This document shows positions 35,988-45,571 of a DNA stretch of 64,000 bases, piece by piece. Origin of the DNA: an uncultured virus (IMG/VR IMGVR_UViG_3300025697_003303) (Duplodnaviria > Heunggongvirae > Uroviricota > Caudoviricetes). Numbering within the stretch: the stretch's first letter is position 1; each line of letters begins with the position of its first letter. The stretch lies in IMG/VR virus record IMGVR_UViG_3300025697_003303; one strand, 5' to 3'. The notes beneath the pieces are model-generated. The model saw only the letters and a list, made by a program, of their open reading frames with translations, did not search any database and was not told the origin of the DNA. Both the position numbers and the translations under genes were made by a program.

Positions 35988-36687
35988 TTTTTGTCCTTTT
36001 AATGTAAAAACTTATTAATAACGATTCTGCCCTTCCATCATCTTTCTTCCTTTTGAAAGATTCAGACAACTCAGGGCATAAAAGAGCAGCTTCCTGTCGA
36101 GCATTGCTCTTAGCAGCAGATTTCACGCTTCTACCTAATTTTGCTATTTTGTTTTTATTTTCTTTTTGTTCTTTTTTTAATGCTGCTATTATCTTTTTAT
36201 TCTGGCTTTTTTGGTTCAAGTCCTTTACTTTTTTATTTGTTTCTTTCGTATCTTTCTCTTTTAGTGCTAATTCTTTATTTTTCAGCCTAATTTCTTTCTG
36301 TTCAGCTTTAAATGCTAAGATATCTGGTGTTACAAGGTTTGGAAACCCTTTCTTCCATTTTTGAGGCGTTACAGTAGTTAAATTAAATTTTGCAAATGTA
36401 ACTATTCCTTCAAGTTGTCCTATTCCCCTCCCAAAATTGAATGAACTAACAGAACCCTCGCCAGGCATTACACTTACTGATTCTAAAGCACATTCAACAT
36501 CTCTATCTAAATATTTGCTAAAAATCTCAATGATTTTGTGTAAGTCGTAATGCTGTTTTGTCTTTTTAGTTGAAGTGATCGTCGTATATGTGGGTATATC
36601 ATGAACAATAACCTTTTTTCCATCAATTATTGTTATTCCACCACTAAAGCCAGGGTCTATCCCAATATATACTATTTTCTTTGCCAT
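35974..36687 (-). CDS. RuvC-like Holliday junction resolvase with Lys-rich insertion
   Basis: IGIDPG, ALESV, FNFGRG.G, P..WKK and DGRAES motifs. Confidence 0.85.
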   Translation of the reverse strand: MAKKIVYIGIDPGFSGGITIIDGKKVIVHDIPTYTTITSTKKTKQHYDLHKIIEIFSKYLDRDVECALESVSVMPGEGSVSSFNFGRGIGQLEGIVTFAKFNLTTVTPQKWKKGFPNLVTPDILAFKAEQKEIRLKNKELALKEKDTKETNKKVKDLNQKSQNKKIIAALKKEQKENKNKIAKLGRSVKSAAKSNARQEAALLCPELSESFKRKKDDGRAESLLISFYIKRTKNELV

Positions 36688-36713
36688 TTTTATCCTCCAC
36701 TTATATAATCGGC

Positions 36714-36752
36714 AAAAAAAAGACCGCTACTCCAACGCACAGAGTAGCGGTC
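36714..36752 (-). terminator. Rho-independent terminator
   Basis: GACCGCTACTC...GAGTAGCGGTC (11-bp stem) followed by T8. Confidence 0.85.
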
Positions 36753-36820
36753 ACCGCAGAGAAAGAAGGCAAGTTTATATTATTAAAACAAACCTTGCCT
36801 TCCTTTTATTTTTTTCTAAA

Positions 36821-37030
36821 TCATCCACAAAGAGCTTCGTCGCCAACAAGATATTTTATCAAACCACTAGATTCAAGGAACTCTTCTATCTCAGAAGTAT
36901 CTATCTCCATAGACTGAAGTAATTGTAAAACCGCATCATTTTGTTCTTTAGTAGTACCCCTTTTTACTAAAATCTCACCAGTTGGTAATAAATCAAATTC
37001 TACTTCAACTTGCTTGTTCACTTGAAACAT
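36821..37030 (-). CDS. Hypothetical protein
   Basis: 69 aa, ends LCG. Confidence 0.5.
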   Translation of the reverse strand: MFQVNKQVEVEFDLLPTGEILVKRGTTKEQNDAVLQLLQSMEIDTSEIEEFLESSGLIKYLVGDEALCG

Positions 37031-37226
37031 CCTTAGTTAGAGTAGCAAGAGTTATAATCTCTTCCTCACCTGCTACATTAGTTATTTTTACCATTTCTGT
37101 ATTATCTGAACTGAACGCTTCTATTATAGTCCAATTAACGCCACCCAAACATACGATATTACCAACTGAAAATTTATTTCCAGTTATTACTCTAACACCT
37201 TTTGATGATACACTTTTCTTAAACAT
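37005..37226 (-). CDS. Hypothetical SH3-like small protein
   Basis: FSVGNIV...W.I pattern; AAGGA RBS. Confidence 0.5.
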   Translation of the reverse strand: MFKKSVSSKGVRVITGNKFSVGNIVCLGGVNWTIIEAFSSDNTEMVKITNVAGEEEIITLATLTKDVSSEQAS

Positions 37227-37237
37227 TTTGTAGTTCC

Positions 37238-38305
37238 TTATGCTATATTTTTTATTCTCTCAATATAATCTAAGATATTTTTATTATCGGCTTTCGGCCA
37301 GAGTTCTTCAATACTTTTTAATGCTTTTTCACATTCTTCGGAAATATCTTCTGGTATATCTATATTGAATATTATATACATGTCTCCTTTTTCCCCATAA
37401 GAATTAAAACGTCCACACTTAGGTTTTTTAATGGCATCCCCATGCTTTGTCCTCTTAGGAATGTCAATAGCTATAACATTTTGATTGATAGTAGGAACTT
37501 CTATACTATCTCCAAAGATAGCCTGATTAAGCGTTATTGGAACGTTAAAAACAATATGTTCATCTTCGATCTCAAAGAAATCATGCTCTAATACATTGAT
37601 AACAACATGCAAATCACCATTAGGACCACCATTAACTCCACAATTACCTTGTCCTTGTACAGCCATTCCATGAATCTGACCAAAGAAGTTAGGATCTCGC
37701 CAAACTGGGAGTGTAACTGTGATTTCCTTATCTTCTGTTATGCATCCAGTACCTTTACAATCATCACATTTATCTTCATCTGCTATTGATTGTCCAACAC
37801 CATAACAGACAGGACATATAGATATCTCTTGTCTAACAAAATTTTCAGATACTGTTCTCTTTATAAACTGTCCACTCCCTTTACATGTAGGACATTCCGT
37901 ACGTTTATGATCTGGCTTGAGACCTGTATTATTACAAGTCTTACAACGGGTTTTTCTCTTATAGGAGATAGTTCGTTGTACATCATCTTTTATAGACTCT
38001 TCTAATGTAGAATCTACGGCAACACGTAGGTGAGATCCTCTTAATGGAACTGTTCCCCTTTTTCTTTGTCTATTTACGAAGGGATTATACATTCCCATAT
38101 TGGGGTTGGGATTATCCCCGTGCATATCATAGAATTGTTTTTTATCAGGGTCTGATAAGATCTCATATGCTTCTGTGCATTCTCTAAATTTAACTTCATT
38201 GCCCCCAGTATCAGGATGATGTTTTAAAGCACCTTTTCTATATGCTTTTTTAATCTCATCTTGACTAGCGTTTTTTTTAATTCCAAGAGTGGCATAATGA
38301 TCCAT
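37238..38305 (-). CDS. dnaJ: DnaJ chaperone
   Basis: J-domain HPD, four CxxCxGxG-type repeats and C-terminal GDL/GDM domains. Confidence 0.95.
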   Translation of the reverse strand: MDHYATLGIKKNASQDEIKKAYRKGALKHHPDTGGNEVKFRECTEAYEILSDPDKKQFYDMHGDNPNPNMGMYNPFVNRQRKRGTVPLRGSHLRVAVDSTLEESIKDDVQRTISYKRKTRCKTCNNTGLKPDHKRTECPTCKGSGQFIKRTVSENFVRQEISICPVCYGVGQSIADEDKCDDCKGTGCITEDKEITVTLPVWRDPNFFGQIHGMAVQGQGNCGVNGGPNGDLHVVINVLEHDFFEIEDEHIVFNVPITLNQAIFGDSIEVPTINQNVIAIDIPKRTKHGDAIKKPKCGRFNSYGEKGDMYIIFNIDIPEDISEECEKALKSIEELWPKADNKNILDYIERIKNIA

Positions 38306-38310
38306 GTTAT

Positions 38311-38511
38311 CTATCTACTTTGCTTTATTTTAGTATCAATTTTAACTTTCTTATGATATTCTGCTTTTTTCTTTTTATCAGTAACCTTTCCTAACGACTT
38401 AAGCATATCATCGATAGCACCATCGCATTGTTTACCTTCCCAACCTATCTGATCAATAGATAAAGTTCCATCTGTATCAATAACAATTTCTATCTCTTTT
38501 TTCTGAGGCAT
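38311..38511 (-). CDS. DUF2997-like protein
   Basis: IEIVI..DG......G..G..C......LG pattern. Confidence 0.6.
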   Translation of the reverse strand: MPQKKEIEIVIDTDGTLSIDQIGWEGKQCDGAIDDMLKSLGKVTDKKKKAEYHKKVKIDTKIKQSR

Positions 38512-38519
38512 TTTTTCTC

Positions 38520-38774
38520 CTAAAGTTCAAATCCATCTTCTGTTTTAGTTGCGTCTATTTTATCTTCAAAAGACTCAACAATTAGTTTATTCATTGCAGC
38601 CTTCATCGCTGCATAATCTATATCAAACGCTTCAACTGCTGCTGCAAGTTCATCTATTCTTTCTTGCGAAATATTATTAACTACCTTCTCGCAAGATACT
38701 ATTATAGCAGATAGATTAACACTACTTTTTATGAATCTATCTTTGACTTCCTTGTAATATCTATTAAACTCCAT
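38520..38774 (-). CDS. Hypothetical protein
   Basis: 84 aa helical, GGAG RBS. Confidence 0.5.
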   Translation of the reverse strand: MEFNRYYKEVKDRFIKSSVNLSAIIVSCEKVVNNISQERIDELAAAVEAFDIDYAAMKAAMNKLIVESFEDKIDATKTEDGFEL

Positions 38775-39921
38775 GAGGGCTTCTCCGCAACGATGTCAAT
38801 ATAGTTGTGTTCAACATAGAACAAGCAGTCATGAGGACATTATCAACGGCTAACTTAATTTCTGCATCGCTATAGTAACAAGACCTTACTTTAAACAAAG
38901 ATTCATTCACAGATAGTAAAATATTGTAAATCTCTTTCCTAGAATATTTATTAATTGATGGCTCATATGAATAATTTCCAACTAAAGAATTTTTAGCCAT
39001 TCCTGCGGTATACTGTGCCTTTTCTTTAGCCTCTTTGTCTTCTGACTTCTCTAATTCATAAACAGTATAAGAACCAGACCCACTTCTTTTTAGTTTTTTT
39101 AATTCCGAAATATTCTGCAACGTTCGATCATCTTCATAACCCAAAATCTTAGATTCTTTCAAAAACAATAAAAGCCTATAACGCCAACGAATACTATTAA
39201 GTACCTGTACTGCCGACTCATACTCAGACTTAACAATATCTCTTGCTTTTTTATAGGTTCTTAAACAACTGATAAAATCTCTTTTATCCATGCAATTAAA
39301 CAAAGTAAACATGAGATATTCTTTATCATGATCTGCTGTTTTGATTACATCTGATTTAGTTATAGCGGGAATATCACCAACAAACGAAAATAATTTCTTC
39401 AAAGACAAGTATATTTTATCTACTTCTACGCCTTTTTTATACACTTCCCCAATAATCGATACTAAAGTCTCAGCACAACCATCTTCATATTTCTTATTAT
39501 TCTGTTTAAAAGCCTTTTCTATATGGTTTACAGCACTACTCTTTTGTAAGTATTTTGGAGACTCATAGACTTTTCCATTTTCATTAACAATCTTAAAAAG
39601 CCATTCGTTTCTCTTTCCTTTGTCAATTCCATTAAAGACAACTACGCAACCTTCTGGAACGCAACGGAGCATCTCTTCAAGCCGTTTTTTCGACTTAACC
39701 CCACCACTACCAAAAGAAGGGATGTGATCAAGAACAACAAGCCTTGTTGTCTCAAAAAGATTAACATTCAAGACTTGTTGTTCTATATATTCTGCAACGA
39801 CATCCTTACTATACAAATGCAACTCATACTTCTTTAAAAAACCCTTTATCTTGTCAAGGATTTCTAGTCGGAAATTAAAACCGCCAGAAAGAATGCATGT
39901 CCTTACTTTTTTATCAGGCAT
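38764..39921 (-). CDS. holA: DNA polymerase III delta subunit-like (clamp loader)
   Basis: NLFETTRLVV motif, LKKL..F..IT..DV, F.L...M pattern; next to dnaN and dnaX; start reassigned to MPDKK. Confidence 0.7.
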   Translation of the reverse strand: MPDKKVRTCILSGGFNFRLEILDKIKGFLKKYELHLYSKDVVAEYIEQQVLNVNLFETTRLVVLDHIPSFGSGGVKSKKRLEEMLRCVPEGCVVVFNGIDKGKRNEWLFKIVNENGKVYESPKYLQKSSAVNHIEKAFKQNNKKYEDGCAETLVSIIGEVYKKGVEVDKIYLSLKKLFSFVGDIPAITKSDVIKTADHDKEYLMFTLFNCMDKRDFISCLRTYKKARDIVKSEYESAVQVLNSIRWRYRLLLFLKESKILGYEDDRTLQNISELKKLKRSGSGSYTVYELEKSEDKEAKEKAQYTAGMAKNSLVGNYSYEPSINKYSRKEIYNILLSVNESLFKVRSCYYSDAEIKLAVDNVLMTACSMLNTTILTSLRRSPHGV

Positions 39922-41197
39922 CTTGTGACAACCTAGCAAAGAATATAGAAAACTTCTCATTCAATCCAGATGACTCATTCTTGCTGCTCAACATAGAACT
40001 ATCCTTAACATCATCAAGAGCATGATATCTTACAACTACAGGCATCTTAGGCTCTGAAGGGATCTCTATTTGTATGTTGTTCTGGTCCGTACCATGCTCC
40101 GCAAGCTCTTTAAGGAAAGCAGAATTACATACGAACTTAATATCATCTTCTTCTAAGACAGAACTCAAAACAGGTACTTTTCTAGAAGCTTTCATTACAC
40201 TATTACTCTTAACGATAAGAGAAGATGCATCCTTACTAACCTCAACACTCGCTCTACTCTGACGATGCTCTTTTTTAAGCTCTTCGCTATATGTAGCTAT
40301 GATACCCTTACCAACATATCCCCATTCTGAGATATTGGTAACAAATCTATTGGCTATGTTAGAATCCAAGAATTTATTTTCATCTGGATAATCTATGTCT
40401 GAATCCAAATTTACAAACAAGATATCATGAGATTTGGTTTTAATAGCAATCTGGTAGTTACTAGATTTACTGCTATTAGTTTTGATATTAAGTTTTTCAT
40501 CGTCTATAGAATTGAAAATCTTCTTTACAGATTCGGTATGATCTTTAGGAAATAATACTGTAAAAGGTTCATCGGAATGGCTATCTACAAAATTCTCTCC
40601 ATCAATATCCAAAACTGAAAATCTTCCGCCAGTTCCAGCAACAAATCTTGCTTTATTTTTACCGAGCCTCAAAGCCCAATGCAAATATTGTGGCATGTTT
40701 TCTTCATAGCCGATTGACCAAAATATCTTATTGACTCCATAGTTATATATAGACCTATCTATGGTTATTTCTCTTTCAAACTTTTTAACTGTCTTCGGCA
40801 TTTCGATATCTTCAGAAGCACAAGGCAATGTCTGATATTCCTCATGATCAGATTTCTTACTGATAAAAAGTTCTTTACCGTTATTGACATTGTTAACTCG
40901 AACTTCGATCTCATCATCTTTTTTAAACGATGAAAGAACATTCTGCAAATCGGCAGAACTAACTGTAACCAGACTCTCTGAAGAGCAAGAATACCCCAAA
41001 TCGCCAGAAGCGAGATCAGAAACGACGGAACGAACAGCGACCTTCCCATTGAAAGAACTGACTACTATTTCGGTCTGAGTTGATTCTAGACTGATTTTAC
41101 CAGCACTTCTAAAATCTTTAACAACCGAATGTGTAGAAACTCCAATCGCAGGTGCGATTCCATTTAACAAACCAGATACTTTACAAGAAAACTTCAT
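39914..41197 (-). CDS. dnaN: DNA polymerase III beta sliding clamp (divergent)
   Basis: MKF start, VAGTGGRF (ATDG.RL equivalent), DYPD, CNSAFL.E (N..YL.D equivalent). Confidence 0.75.
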   Translation of the reverse strand: MKFSCKVSGLLNGIAPAIGVSTHSVVKDFRSAGKISLESTQTEIVVSSFNGKVAVRSVVSDLASGDLGYSCSSESLVTVSSADLQNVLSSFKKDDEIEVRVNNVNNGKELFISKKSDHEEYQTLPCASEDIEMPKTVKKFEREITIDRSIYNYGVNKIFWSIGYEENMPQYLHWALRLGKNKARFVAGTGGRFSVLDIDGENFVDSHSDEPFTVLFPKDHTESVKKIFNSIDDEKLNIKTNSSKSSNYQIAIKTKSHDILFVNLDSDIDYPDENKFLDSNIANRFVTNISEWGYVGKGIIATYSEELKKEHRQSRASVEVSKDASSLIVKSNSVMKASRKVPVLSSVLEEDDIKFVCNSAFLKELAEHGTDQNNIQIEIPSEPKMPVVVRYHALDDVKDSSMLSSKNESSGLNEKFSIFFARLSQDA

Positions 41198-41267
41198 TTT
41201 TTAATCTCCTATCTTTTAAAATTATTCATCGAATACTACAACTATATTATACCATTATGGTTAACCA

Positions 41268-41981
41268 CTAAACATCTATTTTTTTGTAAATCTCTTTAGC
41301 TTTAGTTTTTACGCGAGATAGTGCATTATCTATAGATTTGACATTTATATCTTCTGACAGCAGCCGATTTCGATTAATAAAATCCGCTATTTCTTCATAT
41401 GAGTATTTTTTACAATACAATATGAAAACTTCCTTTTCAAGTGAAGAGAGCTTTGAATAAAGGTTTAATAAAAGCCTTTTTCTGTGATCTCTTTCATTTA
41501 TAGCAGAAGATACATCTGGATCTTTGCCTGCTAATATGTCGGACAAAAAAAGATTGTCCTCAGATCCTTTTGAACTCCTATCTTGGTCAAGACTTATTGA
41601 AGAATTTAATACTTTATTTTTATTTTGGAACGATGCTCTCAACTTTGTTGATAGGTGTCGCCTTATACAGAGGGCAGCAAATTTATCAAACGGTGAAACA
41701 TCTTGCAAATCGCTACGACTACAATCGTAATCCTTTATTGCTTTAAAACGTAGTGCGAATAGAGCTTCTTGATATAAATCTCCAGTACCTAATCCTGGTA
41801 TTTTAAACTTATATACAAGTTGTTGTATCTTTGGGTGCAACATTTCTATTATTTTATCAAATGCTAGATCAGACTTCTTCTTTGTTTTTCCAAACCTTAC
41901 TTCATCTACAAGTTTTACATATAATAATGTATTTTCTTTTTCTTTAGCCTTTGCCAAGTCGTTTTTTTTGCGACCTGCCAT
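41268..41981 (-). CDS. SigH-like RNA polymerase sigma factor
   Basis: DLYQE..AI.DY, F..FA.LCI.R, LN.SISLD, LS.LE..V, SY.EIA and KSIDNAL.R.K.K closely follow SigH (Spo0H) motifs. Confidence 0.85.
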   Translation of the reverse strand: MAGRKKNDLAKAKEKENTLLYVKLVDEVRFGKTKKKSDLAFDKIIEMLHPKIQQLVYKFKIPGLGTGDLYQEALFALRFKAIKDYDCSRSDLQDVSPFDKFAALCIRRHLSTKLRASFQNKNKVLNSSISLDQDRSSKGSEDNLFLSDILAGKDPDVSSAINERDHRKRLLLNLYSKLSSLEKEVFILYCKKYSYEEIADFINRNRLLSEDINVKSIDNALSRVKTKAKEIYKKIDV

Positions 41982-41997
41982 AAAACTCCTCAGATGG

Positions 41998-43119
41998 TTA
42001 TTGAGATTTTGGCTTAGGTTTTTGTCTCGCTCTCTCTATAAGCGTCTTTATTACAAAGTTTTCAAGCTGATATTGCGTATCCATATTATAAGTCAAGGCT
42101 CGTTGTATATCTATTATCATATCTAACATATATGAAACTAAAATCGGTGGTGCAATTTTCCCTTGATGAGCATATCTCTTGATTTCTTCTTCGGTAAACC
42201 CAAGTCCTTCTACTTTTTGCCTACAAGCGTTAATGGTTAGAAGATTACGTAAGTGTTCTTCTAATCCCTTAATTATTTGTTCGGCATTTTTACCTTTTAC
42301 CATCAATTGATTGATCAACAACATAGCTTTTGGCACATCAGGGATCATCATCGTTTCCACTAATTCAAAATACGAGCTATCGTCAACGACTCCAAGCACT
42401 TGCTGTACCGCATCAAGGGTTATCTTCTCCTCTCCACAAAAATCAATAGCAAACTGAAGATTCTGCAAAGAATCTCTTACACTACCTTTTGATTTCTTGG
42501 CTATTAACTTCAAAGCATCTTCTTCCGCTTCAACACCCTCTTTCTTCGCTATATTAACGAGATGTTCACATATCTCAAACCAAGATACTTTATTAAACGT
42601 AAAAACGATACAACGACTATGTATCGTTGGTTTAAGAGCAAAAGCCTCAGTGGTGCAGAGTATGAACCTAACATGCGGAGGAGGCTCTTCAATCGACTTT
42701 AAAAGAGCTTCAGCAGCTATGCCGGTTAGTGAATGGCACTCGTCTAGAATAATATACTTGGTTTTATTATATATAGGACAATTGGCAATCTCTTTCTTGA
42801 GATCACGAACATCATCAACGCCACGATTACTGGCAGCGTCGATCTCTTTAATATCATATGATTTGCCCGCAAAAATGTCTTTACAACTCTGGCAAACGCC
42901 ACAAGGCTCTAGAGTTGGTCCTTCTTCACAGTTCTCCATAGCAGCTAAAATACGGGACGCTGAGGTTTTCCCCGATCCATATTGTCCCTCAAAAATATAA
43001 GCATGATGAAGGTTTCCAGAGTTAAAAGCGTTAGTAAGAGTCTTTGTTACAACTTCTTGTCCTATCATGTCTGTAAACTTTTTAGGACGATATTTATTAG
43101 GCAGCGGATTCATCGACAT
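41998..43119 (-). CDS. dnaX: DNA polymerase III gamma/tau subunit (gamma-length)
   Basis: KYRP..F...GQ, HAY.F.G..GSGKT, Zn Cys cluster, EIDAASN.GVDD.R, ILDECH, EEPP, SRC, GS.RD. Confidence 0.95.
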   Translation of the reverse strand: MSMNPLPNKYRPKKFTDMIGQEVVTKTLTNAFNSGNLHHAYIFEGQYGSGKTSASRILAAMENCEEGPTLEPCGVCQSCKDIFAGKSYDIKEIDAASNRGVDDVRDLKKEIANCPIYNKTKYIILDECHSLTGIAAEALLKSIEEPPPHVRFILCTTEAFALKPTIHSRCIVFTFNKVSWFEICEHLVNIAKKEGVEAEEDALKLIAKKSKGSVRDSLQNLQFAIDFCGEEKITLDAVQQVLGVVDDSSYFELVETMMIPDVPKAMLLINQLMVKGKNAEQIIKGLEEHLRNLLTINACRQKVEGLGFTEEEIKRYAHQGKIAPPILVSYMLDMIIDIQRALTYNMDTQYQLENFVIKTLIERARQKPKPKSQ

Positions 43120-43129
43120 TCTTGTCTCC

Positions 43130-43879
43130 TCATGTAATACTTCTCATTTGTTTTTTAATATCTTCAACTTTGTTTCTTATTCTTCCAAAGAACGGTCTTG
43201 CAATTTCGTTTTTCTCTGATTCTGTCAGATCTTGGTTTTCTATAACCAAACAACGTTCTCCCAGCTTAGAAAAATCAAAAGTATCAAGTTCAGTTTCGCT
43301 AGGATGAGAGTCTTCACAGATCTTCCTTGTTAATCTAATAACATGACCATTCTCTTCTGCCATTAACGCATTAATCTCTGATTCAAAACGAGCATCAGCT
43401 ATCAAAGCAATAGGTGGATTTTCCTTTTTGATCAAGGAAATTGTAGCGTTAACCCAAATCTTGTCACTAAACATTCCCCTCATAATATCTGTGCCAAATA
43501 TCTGAAGAATCTCTCGACCTGTTATAGGACCAGTCCTAAGTGTTATCTCATACTTATCGGGAAACCACTCTCGTTCGGAATAATCGGTCACATCAGTATG
43601 AACCCATAATCCTGGAGAATCTGCTTTTATGCCAAATCTATGTCTAATATCAAAGGGCAAATTCTCCCAAATATAATCTGTAAACGTATTCTTATCATCA
43701 TCAGATCCATAGCACTGTTCTTCTTTTAGTCCCATAGCATCTATACAAAATCTTTTCAATGGGTCAGCAAACGAATAAATTTTAATATCACTACTATTAT
43801 ATTCGTCAGCAAGGAAATCACAAATGCTTGATTTCCCGCTTTGCTTTTTACCGCTAACACCGATAATATAGGTTTTCAT
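43130..43879 (-). CDS. Deoxynucleoside monophosphate kinase
   Basis: G.SGKKQSGKS, SFADPLK, REILQ.FGT..R, W, D.RF..E and HPSE. Confidence 0.85.
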   Translation of the reverse strand: MKTYIIGVSGKKQSGKSSICDFLADEYNSSDIKIYSFADPLKRFCIDAMGLKEEQCYGSDDDKNTFTDYIWENLPFDIRHRFGIKADSPGLWVHTDVTDYSEREWFPDKYEITLRTGPITGREILQIFGTDIMRGMFSDKIWVNATISLIKKENPPIALIADARFESEINALMAEENGHVIRLTRKICEDSHPSETELDTFDFSKLGERCLVIENQDLTESEKNEIARPFFGRIRNKVEDIKKQMRSIT

Positions 43880-43885
43880 ATTTCT

Positions 43886-44365
43886 TTATTTTTTCTTCAG
43901 GCTGTTTATGAAATACATTGTCTTATCTTCCATTGCGGAATCAGACAACGTATCTACCATGACCGTTTGCCCTGGTTTTCCCACCTTCTGTCTTTCAGCA
44001 AAGATAATATTCTTAACGTTGTTCTTACGATCAACAACAACCTCTCCAATATAGAACCTCATATTAACTTCTACATCCTTGATAAGATGCTCTGCAACAT
44101 CATCATTAATAAGATACATTCTATCTTTCCCACCAGGCGTCTTGCCTGCATAGATAGCGTTTTCAATGAGTTCTCCATTCTCGTCTAGGAACTCTACGAA
44201 ACACGAAGTCCATTCTCTTTTCTGCTCGGCTAAAGCCAAAGCATTTTCCATGTTATCAGCACAAACTAGCTTCTTTCCTTCTGTTATCAACACAGATAGA
44301 TCGTCAGATGATTTAACGATAGATACAGAATTATATTCGTCTCTTGTACAAAGTTGGTATTTCAT
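43886..44365 (-). CDS. Hypothetical protein
   Basis: 159 aa, AAGGAG RBS. Confidence 0.6.
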   Translation of the reverse strand: MKYQLCTRDEYNSVSIVKSSDDLSVLITEGKKLVCADNMENALALAEQKREWTSCFVEFLDENGELIENAIYAGKTPGGKDRMYLINDDVAEHLIKDVEVNMRFYIGEVVVDRKNNVKNIIFAERQKVGKPGQTVMVDTLSDSAMEDKTMYFINSLKKK

Positions 44366-44367
44366 TC

Positions 44368-44532
44368 TTACTCCTTGTTATCTTGTTCGTATTTTTTCTT
44401 AGCAGCTTTAAAAGCCTTTAGATACGAACAATGTTCTTTATAGTATTCTATCGGCTTATTCCATATGGTTCTACTAGACAACCCGTCAATGAAGATAGCC
44501 TTTGGTTTTGGTTTCTTTTCTTTATTTTCCAT
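44368..44532 (-). CDS. Small hypothetical protein (54 aa)
   Basis: Not in the ORF track; MENKEKKPKP...YEQDNKE fills the gap. Confidence 0.45.
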   Translation of the reverse strand: MENKEKKPKPKAIFIDGLSSRTIWNKPIEYYKEHCSYLKAFKAAKKKYEQDNKE

Positions 44533-44534
44533 TT

Positions 44535-44978
44535 TTATCGTTTCCAATCGACTTTATCGTCAAGAAGGTGAGGAACTTTTGTTTCGTCGTCCATGAAGTC
44601 TACGCCAAATGTTCTAAGCATAACAGCGAACTCATGCATATCTGGTGAAATCACTTTGCCTTCATCTTCATCGGTTGGAATAGACTGCAAAACGTCAGCG
44701 ACCATCATCAGTCTCATTTTATCATTCAATTCTTCCCAATCGGATTCAAAAAGAATAACATAATAAGAATATGGACAGTCCATTCTGATAGGTTGTTTAA
44801 CGGGGAGAATCGTCCAAAGCTTTTTCTTCGCTTTTCCTCGTTCTTTGTTTATAATCGAAACGCATTTCAGTCTGTCAACGTCGATCCCATCAAAAATCTC
44901 AGGATACTTATTCTTCAAACCTTTTGCATGTTTTGCAAACTCGTCTACTGTTGAATATTCTGCTTTAACTTGTGCCAT
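44535..44978 (-). CDS. Putative phage metallopeptidase-family protein with degenerate active site
   Basis: Y...F...W..L....R......L..I and PD.HEF..M.R.FG pattern; HExxH position reads DVLQS. Confidence 0.5.
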   Translation of the reverse strand: MAQVKAEYSTVDEFAKHAKGLKNKYPEIFDGIDVDRLKCVSIINKERGKAKKKLWTILPVKQPIRMDCPYSYYVILFESDWEELNDKMRLMMVADVLQSIPTDEDEGKVISPDMHEFAVMLRTFGVDFMDDETKVPHLLDDKVDWKR

Positions 44979-44993
44979 TGTGCTTTCCTTTCT

Positions 44994-45557
44994 TTAAATT
45001 TCATCCAATTGTTTTCTTAATAAAACCCATCTATCGTCTAATCCTACGTCTCCGTCATTTATTTTAACAAGATATTTTACACATTCTTCCTCATCATCGA
45101 ACATGAGGTTGTGATCTAAAATACCAAACAGCCACGCTGGTGCATTCTTCTTACCTCCTTCTATTATCGTCAAAATAGGTTTCTTTTCGATATCTGCTAC
45201 GAATATTTCATGGTATGAACCACACATATGAATATTTTTATCTACTCTAGCAATAACAAAATCTGAGAAATCAACTTGCCTAAGATCAACTCTCACAATG
45301 ACTTTCATGAAATTACTTAGATCTTTCCATCTCCCTCTTTCTCTATATCTGATTATCCTATCTTGTTCAGTTCCAACTTCTTGTTGAAGACCTTCAAGTT
45401 TATTTGTCGGATCTAAAAACTTTATTTTCAATCCATAATCTTGAGAAAGCTTAATAAGTTCTCTTCTCCATCCAATCCCTTGATCTTCAGCTTCATCTAT
45501 TGGTCCAATAAGATATGCTAGACTTTTATCTAGAACTCCCTTACCTACATCACTCAT
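44994..45557 (-). CDS. Nucleoside 2-deoxyribosyltransferase-like protein
   Basis: YL.GPI, WR, DP, DL..V..SD, GS.HE and KP motifs. Confidence 0.75.
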   Translation of the reverse strand: MSDVGKGVLDKSLAYLIGPIDEAEDQGIGWRRELIKLSQDYGLKIKFLDPTNKLEGLQQEVGTEQDRIIRYRERGRWKDLSNFMKVIVRVDLRQVDFSDFVIARVDKNIHMCGSYHEIFVADIEKKPILTIIEGGKKNAPAWLFGILDHNLMFDDEEECVKYLVKINDGDVGLDDRWVLLRKQLDEI

Positions 45558-45571
45558 AAAAAACTCCTAAC

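Noticed and set aside
42497..43000. Plus-strand ORFs opposite conserved genes (e.g. 5770, 8689, 33276, 42497, 60854, 62599)
   Set aside because: Antisense shadows of well-supported minus-strand genes, with no motifs of their own.
44450..44453. GCCGATAG as a CGAT-class promoter
   Set aside because: It lies inside a probable 54-aa ORF (44368-44532), so it was not counted.
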